From assembly GCA_963817915.1 (NCBI GenBank), contig CAWFQL010000010.1, forward strand, positions 39,482 through 103,481: a stretch of 64,000 bases of DNA. Reading direction: 5' to 3'. Numbering within the stretch: the first letter of the stretch is position 1; every line of letters begins with the position of its first letter. Positions 21,292 to 31,025 of the stretch are shown piece by piece. Below the pieces are notes generated by a model. That model saw only the letters and a list, made by a program, of their open reading frames with translations, had not been told where the DNA came from and searched no databases. The DNA is from an uncultured candidate division Zixibacteria bacterium. Its GTDB lineage: Bacteria; Zixibacteria; MSB-5A5; UBA10806. The translations under genes and the position numbers were made by a program.

Positions 21292-22759
21292 TTATCTTAA
21301 ATATATCAGCTTTAGGGTCTTGTCAATTTGTCCGGCTCTTGCTCTGGCGAAATAGATACCTGAAGAGATTTTATTTCCCATAGCATCCTGGGCGTCCCAT
21401 TTTATTTGTCCCTCCAAATTTTGTTCGGTCCCCAATTTCCTGATTAATTGCCCATTGATATTGTATATTTCTATCTCACCTCCTTCCATTCCTGAATAAG
21501 TTATTATAGTTGTCGAATTGAAAGGATTTGGATATGCAGATAAACCTGCAACAATTGGCATATATTCCTTACCCTTAATCCCAGAAGGCTCAGGGTCGTA
21601 GCGCTTATAATATATCTCATCGTAAGAAACTCTCTTGCCACCAAACCACATGAAGTTTACTATTATTTTGGGAAATCCAAGGCGTGTAAGATGAACCAGA
21701 AACATCGCTAATTCGTTCATAAGGAGACCAACTCTGACCCAAATTCGTGCTGGCGGAATAACATATGTCGGTCCCAAACGATGGATCCAAATCAGACCAG
21801 ACAGCGTAAATGGAATCACCCTTAATGGCAAGCGAGGGATTTGAAGCCTGATGATGAGTCGTGGCATATTGGATCTCACCCCAGTTCCGCCCACCATCAG
21901 TTGTGACGCGAACAAAAATATCTCCCGGGTAGCCATGGGAAAGAGCGAAGTCCATCCAGCCTACCGCCAGGTATCCCGTCTCCTCATCGCAGGCCACGCA
22001 GGAATGTTGTGCTACGTAAGGATCAGGAGAAGAGATAAAGAAATGGTCAGACCAATTCCGACCGCCATCGAAACTAACCATACCGTTAACCTCCCAACCC
22101 AAGTGCTCGGGAGGAGCGTTGCCCGACCAGATAATATAGAGACTGCCGCCGCAATTGACTATTTGGAGGGGATTGGTATAAGCATACAAATATCTCAGCG
22201 TAATTTCCCCACTCCAGCTCTGTCCTAAATCAGTGGAACGAAGGAATTTTAACGGTCTATACCCTGTAGAATCGCTGTGATTTGAACCATAAATGGCATA
22301 GACGGTGTCGCCTATTATTACAAGAGAGAAGTCTTCAAAATTACCTCCTCGGACAGCGTCAAATACATATCCCGCCAACGACCACCCCCCTCCTCCAATG
22401 GACGTAGAAAAGCCGATGTTTCTTGGACTGTTTTCAGGATTAGTATCGATGTCATACCATGAGACAAGAAGCCTATCTCTGCTAAGGCAAAGACCAGGGG
22501 AGTCGCACTTGTGTCCTGAATCTTGCAGGCTTATCGCTTGATCCCACTGGTTTCCCGCATCGAGACCACGCATATAGAAAATGGAATCCGTTGGAGCGAT
22601 CTGCGCCGAAGTCACATGAACGGTGTCGCCTCTAGCTATTATTTCGGGCTGGAAGTTATTGGACCCAAATTCCAGCTTTATATCTTCAGACCAGCCGGCA
22701 TAGGCGGCACCGGCGGTCAGGGCTATTATCAGGACTATTAAAATCAGTAATCGGGGCAT
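21292..22759 (-). CDS. Secreted BNR/Asp-box beta-propeller protein with T9SS-A/FlgD-like CTD, copy 1 (one indel ~21630)
   Basis: Signal peptide, SxDxGxxW repeats (STDLGQSW, SFDGGRNW, TTDGGRNW), CTD AYPNPFNSTT...IYNINGQ...SSGIYF. Confidence 0.82.
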
Positions 22760-22830
22760 ACTAAGCCTCTTCATCATATTTTGAAATATCCGCATATATA
22801 ATAACATATTCTTCATAATATTCAAATACT

Positions 22831-24324
22831 TTACTTTAAATACAGCAGTTTGATAACTTGAGAATTGTGGGACGCTCTTGCTCTGGCGAAATAGATTCCC
22901 GCTAGAGATTTTATTTGCCGGAGGCATCCCGGGCGTCCCATTTTATTTGTCCCTCCTCAATTTGTTCGGTCCCCAATGATTTGATTAATTGCCCATTGAT
23001 GTTGTATATCTCGATCTCACCTCCTTTCATGTTGGAATAGGTTATTACAGTCGTGGAATTAAAGGGGTTAGGATAAGCGGATAAACCTACCTCACTTGGA
23101 ATCTGTCTTGATCATTGCAATACCTGCAGGATCAGGATCGTAACGCTTGTAGTAAACTTCATCCCAGTAATGCGGTGGCCGTATGATTCCCACCACGCCA
23201 CATGAAGCTTTCCCATATCGTATGAAATCCAGGGAGTATAGGAATACCCCTCGGCATTTGTAAGTCTGTAATAAGGGCTCCAGCTTTGCCCCAGATCCGC
23301 ACTGTTTGTAAAACAAATCTCGTAATTGGAATTGCCATAGGCCGCGTCTCTATCGCACCAAACGGCATAAATGGAATCTCCCTTAACGGCAATAGAGGGA
23401 TTAGAGGCCTTATGGTGGGTAGTGGCGTGTCGAATCTCACCCCAACTTCGCCCGCCATCAGTTGTGATTCGAACGAATACATCTCCCGGAAAACCATGTG
23501 AGAGGGTGAAGTCCATCCAGCCCACAGCTAGATATCCAGTCTCCTCGTCGCAGGCAACACAGGAGTGCTGAGCCACGTAGGGGTCAGGAGAAGAGATAAA
23601 GAAATGATCCGACCAATTCCGACCACCATCAAAGCTCACAGTGCCGTTAACCTCCCACCCCAAGCTTTCGGGTGGCGCATTGCCCGACCAGATAATATAG
23701 AGACTACCGCCGCAATTTACAATCTGGAGAGGATTGGTATAAGCATATAGATATCTCAACGTAATCTCGTCACTCCAGCTCTGTCCCAAATCAGTGGAAC
23801 GGAGGAATTTTAACGGCCTGTACCCAGTGGAATCGCTGTGATTGGAACCATAGATGGCATAAAGAGTGTCACCGATTATCTCCAGCGAAAAATCGTCAAA
23901 ATTGCCTCCAAAGAAAGTGTCAAAGACATACCTTGGTCTTGACCATACCCCCCCCCTAACGAAGTGGAGAACCCAATATTGCGCACCCAGTTGACAGTAT
24001 TGGTATCGATGTCACGCCAATAGACCAAGGAACCTATCTCCCCAGAGGCGCAGACTGTGTAGGTTACATTTATGTCCTGAATCCTGCAAGCCAATTGCTT
24101 CTCCCCAAGCCCGCCCCCCATCTGTACTGCGCATATAATAAATGGAATCGGTCGGGGAAATCTGCTCGTAGGTCACATGGACAGTGTCGCCTCTTGCTAT
24201 TATCTCGGGCTTCGCTGCCATCAAGACCGAAAGGTCAACCTTATGTCTTCGGACCAGCCGGCATTGGCTGCATCGCGGCAGTAAGGACTACGAATAAGAT
24301 TATTAAAATTTAGGATTTGGGCAA
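22831..24324 (-). CDS. Secreted BNR/Asp-box protein with T9SS-A/FlgD-like CTD, copy 2 (several indels)
   Basis: Fragments 24012..24224, 23112..23789 and 23092..23316 are collinear with copy 1. CTD ends GIYFARARASHNSQVIKLLYLK*. Confidence 0.75.
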
Positions 24325-24403
24325 ACGATGCCTCTCTGGTTTTGGTCGAAACTACTTGTTTAGTATAACAGATTTTTGGGGAAAAGGTATCGTTTATTTT
24401 TGT

Positions 24404-24472
24404 GTAAGGTGTGGCATGCTTCCACCGACATTCTTATGTCGGGTTTTTTGAACCCGACCTACCCAGGCTATA
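24404..24472. repeat. REP-like doublet; 24437-24472 repeats 21239-21274
   Basis: tgtcgggttttttgaacccgacctacccaggctata is 34/36 identical to the copy at 21239. Confidence 0.8.
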
Positions 24473-24479
24473 TATATTG

Positions 24480-25751
24480 TTAATTTAGATTGGAGAGGAC
24501 TTCGCCTACGGTATAATGAGAGCCGGTTACAAGGATAACTTCATCGGGTCTGCATAATTCCTTTGCCGATCTGTAAGCCTCGCGAACCATCGGAATAACC
24601 TGAAAATTATTATTGATCTTCGCTATGTCCTCGGCCAGGATCGATGGATCCATCGCGCGGTCGGTCATCGGCCGGGTCAGGATAATAACTTCCGCGAATT
24701 TATCGAGCTCTTTCAACATGGCGTGATAGTCCTTATCCGATAATATCCCGAAAACCGCGATAATCCTGACACCATCGTAAAATTCCTTGAAATATTCTCT
24801 GATTCTATCAACCGCCGCCGGATTGTGAGCCACATCGAGGATTATATCAGGAGAGGTACTGATTTTTTGCAGACGGCCGTCCCATTTGACATTGCGGAAT
24901 CCAGCCGAGACTGCCGATGGCGGGACCTTGAATTTCAGGCTCTCTTCTATCATTTCTGTCGCGATTAGAGCACAAATGGCATTTTCGAGTTGATGCCTTC
25001 CCGGCAAAGCCAAACGCAGATTGTAATATTTATTTGAACGAGTGAATATATCCATCTCGGTGCTGTCCCGATCGATACTTTTTATCACCCATTGGGTTTC
25101 ATCGAATACAGATATCAGTTTGCATTTATTTTGCTCGCAGGTTTGCCTGATCACTCTTTTGGCGTCGATATTGGTGGACGCTGTAACCACGGGAACACCT
25201 GGTTTTATGATTCCCGATTTTTCGAACGCTATTTCGCGGATTTTCGAGCCGAGCCATTTGGTATGCTCGGTAGCAATATTGGTTATTACGCAAACTTCGG
25301 GCTGAATAACGTTGGTGGCATCGAGCCTGCCTCCCATGCCTGTTTCTATCAACGCGATATCGACATTTTCATCCCTGAAAAATGATAATGCCATCGCCGT
25401 TACGGCCTCGAAATAAGTGATTGGAAGAGTCTCGATTTTCTTGATATTGTTATTAATAAAATCGGTTACATATTTTTTATCAATCAATCGGCCATTAATC
25501 TTGATTCTCTCTCTGAAATCCACAAGATGGGGCGACGTGTAACTGCCAACTCGATACCCGGCGGCGGCCAGCATCGCCTCCATGACAGCGAGTGTGGAGC
25601 CCTTGCCGTTGGTGCCTGCTATATGCGCAGTCGGGAATGCCTGATGCGGATTGCCCAGGTGAGATAGGAATTTGGTGATATTCGATAAGCCAAGCTTAAT
25701 ACCGAATTTCTCCATCTGGAGGATATATTCGAGTACCTGGTTATAATCCAT
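24480..25751 (-). CDS. folC: Folylpolyglutamate synthase / dihydrofolate synthase
   Basis: HIAGTNGKGS, YTSPHL, ETGMGGRLDATNV, LDVAHNP, VTGSHY. Confidence 0.95.
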   Translation of the reverse strand: MDYNQVLEYILQMEKFGIKLGLSNITKFLSHLGNPHQAFPTAHIAGTNGKGSTLAVMEAMLAAAGYRVGSYTSPHLVDFRERIKINGRLIDKKYVTDFINNNIKKIETLPITYFEAVTAMALSFFRDENVDIALIETGMGGRLDATNVIQPEVCVITNIATEHTKWLGSKIREIAFEKSGIIKPGVPVVTASTNIDAKRVIRQTCEQNKCKLISVFDETQWVIKSIDRDSTEMDIFTRSNKYYNLRLALPGRHQLENAICALIATEMIEESLKFKVPPSAVSAGFRNVKWDGRLQKISTSPDIILDVAHNPAAVDRIREYFKEFYDGVRIIAVFGILSDKDYHAMLKELDKFAEVIILTRPMTDRAMDPSILAEDIAKINNNFQVIPMVREAYRSAKELCRPDEVILVTGSHYTVGEVLSNLN

Positions 25752-25766
25752 GATTGGCAAAATAAT

Positions 25767-26621
25767 CTACTTGGAGACCTTCGGCAGCATGTAAGCCAAA
25801 AGCTGGGAGACAGTCTTCTTCAACTGCGGTCTGTGAACTATAGCATCGAGAAAACCATGTTCCATGAAAAATTCCGATGATTGAAATCCGGGTGGTAATT
25901 CGCCGCCAATTGTCTGCGCAATAACGCGGGGCCCGGCGAATCCCAATAATGCCTTGGGCTCGGCAATAATGACATCGCCCAATGACGCGTAAGATGCCAT
26001 TACACCAGCAGTGGTGGGATTAGTGAGGATCGAAATGAATGGTATCTTCTTTTTGGCCAGCACGGCCAGCAACGCTGATGTCTTGGCCATTTGCATAAGA
26101 GACAGGATGCCTTCCATCATTCTGGCGCCGCCGGAACAAGAGACGATCACTAATGGAATTTCTTTATTGATAGATCGTTCTATCGATCGCGCTATTTTTT
26201 CGCCAACCACGCTACCCATGGAGCCGCCGATAAAATCGAAATCCATGACGCTGAACGATGTATCGATACCATCGATCTTGCCTAAACCGCTGATTACGGC
26301 GTCATTGCGGCCGGTCTTCTTTCGGGCGGCGGCGATTCGTTCGGGATATTTTTTTAAGTCTTTGAAGCCCAGAGGATCATCGGAGACCAATCCTGAGTCA
26401 AATTCCTCGAAGGTATTTTCATCGATTAGCAAATTCAAATAGGATACCGCCGGTATCCTGAAATGATAATCGCATTTAGTGCAGACCCAGTATTTTTTTT
26501 CTAGAGATAAAACCGTGAGGATTTCGTTGCAGGAAGGGCATTTTGTCCAAACACCATCAGGGATTTCCCTCTTCTCTCCGCCTAAGATACCTTTTTGGGC
26601 ACGGTTGAACCAGTCGACCAT
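25767..26621 (-). CDS. accD: Acetyl-CoA carboxylase carboxyltransferase beta
   Basis: WTKCPSC..CTKC Zn finger, GGSMGSVVGEK, SGGARMMEG, GFAGPRVI. Confidence 0.96.
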   Translation of the reverse strand: MVDWFNRAQKGILGGEKREIPDGVWTKCPSCNEILTVLSLEKKYWVCTKCDYHFRIPAVSYLNLLIDENTFEEFDSGLVSDDPLGFKDLKKYPERIAAARKKTGRNDAVISGLGKIDGIDTSFSVMDFDFIGGSMGSVVGEKIARSIERSINKEIPLVIVSCSGGARMMEGILSLMQMAKTSALLAVLAKKKIPFISILTNPTTAGVMASYASLGDVIIAEPKALLGFAGPRVIAQTIGGELPPGFQSSEFFMEHGFLDAIVHRPQLKKTVSQLLAYMLPKVSK

Positions 26622-27064
26622 AATAACTCCTTGGCCATTACTATAGCACTTTCCATCGGACTTCGGTAGTAGTTTTTTCGCCTTCCTACCGGTCGAAATC
26701 CATAGGCCTTGTAAAGATTTACCGCGGGGGTGTTCGATTCGCGGACTTCCAGATAGATGGCTTCGCTGCTGCGGTCATTGGCTAACTTAATTATTTCGGA
26801 CATCATCATTTTCCCTAATCCATGCCCCTGATATTCCTTGGCGACGGCGAAATTCCCTATTTGCATCTCACCGCTTACGATATAAAGGCAGGAATAGCCT
26901 GCAATTTCCTTATCAGAGACAACGACTAATGGGTAGGCCATATTATTATTCAGATCTGATTTGAAGGATTCGAGCGACCAGGGATCGGTAAAGCATTCCT
27001 TTTCGATATCGTGAATCCTATCGAGATCGTTCTCGGTCATTCTGCGGATGGTGAATTTATTCAT
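26582..27064 (-). CDS. rimI: Ribosomal protein S18 alanine N-acetyltransferase
   Basis: IEKECFTDPWS, YQGHGLG, LEVRESN, RRKNYY. Confidence 0.9.
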   Translation of the reverse strand: MNKFTIRRMTENDLDRIHDIEKECFTDPWSLESFKSDLNNNMAYPLVVVSDKEIAGYSCLYIVSGEMQIGNFAVAKEYQGHGLGKMMMSEIIKLANDRSSEAIYLEVRESNTPAVNLYKAYGFRPVGRRKNYYRSPMESAIVMAKELLWSTGSTVPKKVS

Positions 27065-27067
27065 AGA

Positions 27068-27742
27068 CTATGCAATCCTTTCAGCTTGTGGAATTCGAAC
27101 GTAGTTTGGAGTTGCAGAGGCTAAATCTAATTTCATGCCCTGTAAAATCATTTTATGACCTAAAATGGCGACCGAACCGCCAATCATCTCTCTATCATAC
27201 TTATTATTTTCCAGCGGGAATCTCTTCGAATCGAGAACGTTAAGCTCCTCATACCCTGGCCCGATAGGCGTAAAACCGCTGTCAATCAATCTCATCACGC
27301 TATTTATACTGCCAACTGAATCTTCCATATTCCGGTTAATCTCTTCCCCATTTTTTGAAAATGAGGCGTAATATAGCTCATTGCGCTTGGCATTTTTGAT
27401 AGCGACCAGCTTGCCGTCAAGTAGAGAACTCCGGGCTATAGCCATCAGCGATGAAACTCCGGCCAAAGGCAAGTTCAAAGCCCAGCATATCCCCTTGGCC
27501 GCCGCCAGGCCGACTCTCAGGCCTGTAAATGACCCGGGACCGACCGCCACCGCCACTCCATCAATTGCCGAAATATTCAGGTTCGCCTCTTTCATTAAAC
27601 TTTCAAAAAACTGGTGCAGTATCACCTTAGATTTTTTATCGGCCAAAGAGGATTTCGAAATAATTTTGGCTTTTTCGCCATCGCTATTTAGGATTCCGAT
27701 TGAAACAAATTCATCGGAACTATCTATTCCCAGTGTTACCAT
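27068..27742 (-). CDS. tsaB: tRNA t6A biosynthesis protein TsaB
   Basis: LGIDSS, GPGSFTGLRVG, PNYVR. Confidence 0.92.
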   Translation of the reverse strand: MVTLGIDSSDEFVSIGILNSDGEKAKIISKSSLADKKSKVILHQFFESLMKEANLNISAIDGVAVAVGPGSFTGLRVGLAAAKGICWALNLPLAGVSSLMAIARSSLLDGKLVAIKNAKRNELYYASFSKNGEEINRNMEDSVGSINSVMRLIDSGFTPIGPGYEELNVLDSKRFPLENNKYDREMIGGSVAILGHKMILQGMKLDLASATPNYVRIPQAERIA

Positions 27743-28172
27743 TCGCAACAATCTCTATTCTTCGATTTTCATCCCCCTGAATAGCAAAGTAAATATCATA
27801 TCTATCCAACGGCAACATGTTTTTGGCTTTTTCAGCCCATTCTACGACTACTATTGCGCTGGAATCGAGATAATCGGTCCATCCAAGGTCCAAAATCTCG
27901 GCATAATTATTCATGCGGTATAAATCAATATGAATTAGAGTAATATCTCCATGATATTCATTTATAATATTGAAAGTTGGGCTCTTAGCTGGTTGAACAC
28001 AATTAAGCCCATTGGCAAGCCCCCTTACAAAACATGTCTTGCCGCTGCCAAGCTCACCATGCAATGCTAATAAATCGCCGCCGGATAATGTTTTGGCAAA
28101 ATCGGTGGCGATCTTTTCGGTTTGCAGGGCACTATCGGAAATATATATGGCCGGCGATTTCATTGTTTCCAT
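27720..28172 (-). CDS. tsaE: tRNA t6A biosynthesis ATPase TsaE
   Basis: GELGSGKT, SPTFNI, HIDLYR, VEWAE. Confidence 0.95.
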   Translation of the reverse strand: METMKSPAIYISDSALQTEKIATDFAKTLSGGDLLALHGELGSGKTCFVRGLANGLNCVQPAKSPTFNIINEYHGDITLIHIDLYRMNNYAEILDLGWTDYLDSSAIVVVEWAEKAKNMLPLDRYDIYFAIQGDENRRIEIVANGNTGNR

Positions 28173-28220
28173 AATACTAAATATGATAATGTCTTACCAA
28201 TATTATTTTAGTGAGATTGA

Positions 28221-29780
28221 TTACCTTGGTCTTAATGTAATCACGGGCAGGATCATCTCATCGAGGCTTATGCCGCCGTGCTGGAAGCTATTTTGATATT
28301 GCCGTTTATACTCCGAAAATTTGGTGGGATAGACAAAATAGTAATCTTCCATCGCGATAATATAGGTGGTCGCCACTCCCCAAACAGGTAAATTATATTC
28401 TCTGGGATCTTTTATCAGCCATGATTGCTTGGGATCGCAATTGAGATTATCACCGTATTTATATCGCAGGTTCGTGGATGTATCCTTCTTGCCGTAGGCC
28501 AATGTTCCTTTAGTGCCGATTACCGAGCCGTGATCTGTCGTAATCACGATCGCGCAATCCCACTCAGCCAGTTTCTTTAATAGATCAAACATATGGGAAT
28601 ATTCGAACCATGATTTCATCAGAGATCTGAAGGCGGCTTCATTGGGAGCGACCTCCTGCAGAATTTCGGACTCTGATCTGCCATGCACGAGGATATCGAC
28701 AAAATTATATACAACCGATAGCAATGGCACATTGGAGTAAGAATTAATTTTCTTCGCGAGATTCTGCCCTTCTTCGAAATCAAGAACCTTGACATATTTC
28801 GGCTCATTTTTGAATGTCATACCTAACTTCATCAGTTGTCTATCCAATAATTGTCGTTCGTAACGATTGCGGCTGGACTCATTTGAACTTTTATCCCATA
28901 AATCGGGATTTAATTCCGCCACCTTATCGGGCATCTCCCCGGAAAATATTGCATTGCGGGCGAATGGAGTTGCGGTCGGAAGAATCGAATAATAGTAATC
29001 TTTTTTAATCGAAAAGTACTGCGCCAAAACCGGTTCAATCATCAGCCATTGATCGAGTCGCATGCAGTCTACGACGATAAAGAATACCTGCTTCCCTTCC
29101 TTCAGGAGCGGCAAAACATTATTGCGCACAACATCGTGGGACATAGGGGGCCCGCTTTTCGATTTAATCCAGCTTTTGTAATTCTTGACAACGAATCTTC
29201 CAAACTCCGCGCTTCCCTGCTTTTTCATATCCTGATGAGATTGTTTAAGGCCGACATCGCGGAATCGTTCGAGTTCGAGGTCAATTTCGGATAGCTTGGT
29301 ATGGATTTCAATCCATTCCTTCCAATCGATCGGCCCGGACATGAGCGCGTTGATTCGCGAAAATTGAGCCACGAATTCCTGGGTAAGAGACGATTCGGTC
29401 AGGCGCTGGCGATCGAGTATTTTTTTAATAGCTGATAAAATCTGGCTGAGATTGACAGGCTTTGTCAGGTAATCATCGATTTTCTTGCCAATTGCCTGAT
29501 CCATTAAATGCTCTTCCTCGGATTTGGTTACCATAATAACCGGCAGGTTCGGGTCGGTATCTTTAATCGCCATGAGCGTGGAAAGACCATCGCGCCCCGG
29601 CATCATCTCATCAAGGAGCACGAGATCGAGACCGCCCTTCGAGACAATTTCGATGGCGTCGTCGCCGTTGTTGGCCTGCATCACATTATAGCCGCGTTCT
29701 TTTAGAAAAATAATATGTGCTGAAAGAAGATCGATTTCATCATCGACCCATAGAATATTCTTTACTTCATCTTTTTGCAT
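28221..29780 (-). CDS. porX: PorX-like response regulator (REC plus PglZ alkaline-phosphatase domain)
   Basis: ILWVDDE, LLDEMMPG, TKSEEE, DCMRLDQW, LPTATPFARNAIF, TDHGS, FQHGGISLDEM. Adjacent to tsaE. Confidence 0.9.
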   Translation of the reverse strand: MQKDEVKNILWVDDEIDLLSAHIIFLKERGYNVMQANNGDDAIEIVSKGGLDLVLLDEMMPGRDGLSTLMAIKDTDPNLPVIMVTKSEEEHLMDQAIGKKIDDYLTKPVNLSQILSAIKKILDRQRLTESSLTQEFVAQFSRINALMSGPIDWKEWIEIHTKLSEIDLELERFRDVGLKQSHQDMKKQGSAEFGRFVVKNYKSWIKSKSGPPMSHDVVRNNVLPLLKEGKQVFFIVVDCMRLDQWLMIEPVLAQYFSIKKDYYYSILPTATPFARNAIFSGEMPDKVAELNPDLWDKSSNESSRNRYERQLLDRQLMKLGMTFKNEPKYVKVLDFEEGQNLAKKINSYSNVPLLSVVYNFVDILVHGRSESEILQEVAPNEAAFRSLMKSWFEYSHMFDLLKKLAEWDCAIVITTDHGSVIGTKGTLAYGKKDTSTNLRYKYGDNLNCDPKQSWLIKDPREYNLPVWGVATTYIIAMEDYYFVYPTKFSEYKRQYQNSFQHGGISLDEMILPVITLRPR

Positions 29781-29782
29781 AA

Positions 29783-31021
29783 TTAAACCGGCAATTCTAT
29801 TCCGAAGGCTGTCTTAACATTCGGCTCCGAGTATTTAACATATATTCGGCCGCCGTGATATTCTTCCACGATCCTTCTTGCTAATGTTAACCCTAAACCC
29901 CATCCGCGCTTCTTAGTCGTAAACCCGGGAGCAAATATTTTTTTGAAGTCCGATGCCGGTATGCCTTTTCCATTATCCTCGACTGTTATCAGAACCTTAT
30001 TTAGATTCTTGTTGAAGGCAGTCGATATTTGGATAACCCCGGTTTTCGGGCTGGTGGATTCGAGAGAATTTTTAATCAAATTTTCAATAACCCAGCTCAT
30101 TAACTCCTTATTTATGTTTATACGAGGAATCTGGTCATATTCTTCTTTTATAATTATCCCGCCCGATGGCATTCTAAATCTGAAATAACCGACAATTTCC
30201 TTAATTATTTCACTTAAGTCGTTGTCTTCCAATTCGGGAGCCGATCCAATTTGACCGAATCGAGTGGCAATTCTGTCCAGGCGTTTAAGGTCGCTTAGCA
30301 TTCTAACAGTCATCTCGTCGAAATTGGGGCCTGACTCATCCCCCTGGACTATAATTTTACCCTCCGCGTATTTAAGCCGGATTAACTCAACCCAACCTAT
30401 CAGTGAGGAAAGCGGGGTGCCAAGCTGATGGGCGGTTTCCTTTGCCATTCCGACCCAGATCGATCTTTGCTCCGATTGCTGGATATTGCGAATACCTACG
30501 AACGCCACTAGTATAAAGAAACCAACCACAGAAATTTCGATGACCGGCATTAGCTGAAGCCGTTTGATTAGATAAGAATCACCATAATGCAAAATGCTGA
30601 CAATTTCCTTGCCGGATGTGATTTCAATCGGCGCATTTTCAGAATCGAATTCCTTGACAAAATCAGCCAGTTGCTTTTTGGCGAGCTGAGTGGTATCCGA
30701 TAGGCTAATATTTACTGTCCAGGCAGAGGGTGTTCCGCTGCGATCAGTAACCACTATCGGGATATTAACCTTGGTAATAATATTATCGAAAATGAAATTA
30801 ATTACGGCGGGATCGGTAGCCTCGCTGGCGCCGTATTGAATCAAATGCGCATAGGCTTCGCTGACCCTGGATGCGTCCTGCCTGAGGTATCTGACGACCG
30901 ACTGGTTGAAATAGATAAAAAGAGTTATTACGGCAATCATGCCGAATATCAGAAATGCCTTAAATAACCAGGAATATCCGACATATAATCGTTGAGTGTA
31001 TCTGCCGCCGCGTTTCGCCAA
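29783..31021 (-). CDS. Sensor histidine kinase (PorY-like)
   Basis: Two TM segments, H-box WVGMAKETAHQLGTPLSSL, ENLIKNS, DNGKG, PGFTTKKRGWGLGL. Confidence 0.88.
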   Translation of the reverse strand: MAKRGGRYTQRLYVGYSWLFKAFLIFGMIAVITLFIYFNQSVVRYLRQDASRVSEAYAHLIQYGASEATDPAVINFIFDNIITKVNIPIVVTDRSGTPSAWTVNISLSDTTQLAKKQLADFVKEFDSENAPIEITSGKEIVSILHYGDSYLIKRLQLMPVIEISVVGFFILVAFVGIRNIQQSEQRSIWVGMAKETAHQLGTPLSSLIGWVELIRLKYAEGKIIVQGDESGPNFDEMTVRMLSDLKRLDRIATRFGQIGSAPELEDNDLSEIIKEIVGYFRFRMPSGGIIIKEEYDQIPRININKELMSWVIENLIKNSLESTSPKTGVIQISTAFNKNLNKVLITVEDNGKGIPASDFKKIFAPGFTTKKRGWGLGLTLARRIVEEYHGGRIYVKYSEPNVKTAFGIELPV

Positions 31022-31025
31022 TTGA

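Noticed and set aside
21292..24324. Diversity-generating retroelement TR/VR pair
   Set aside because: Differences are mostly synonymous and involve all bases rather than adenines only. No reverse transcriptase is present.
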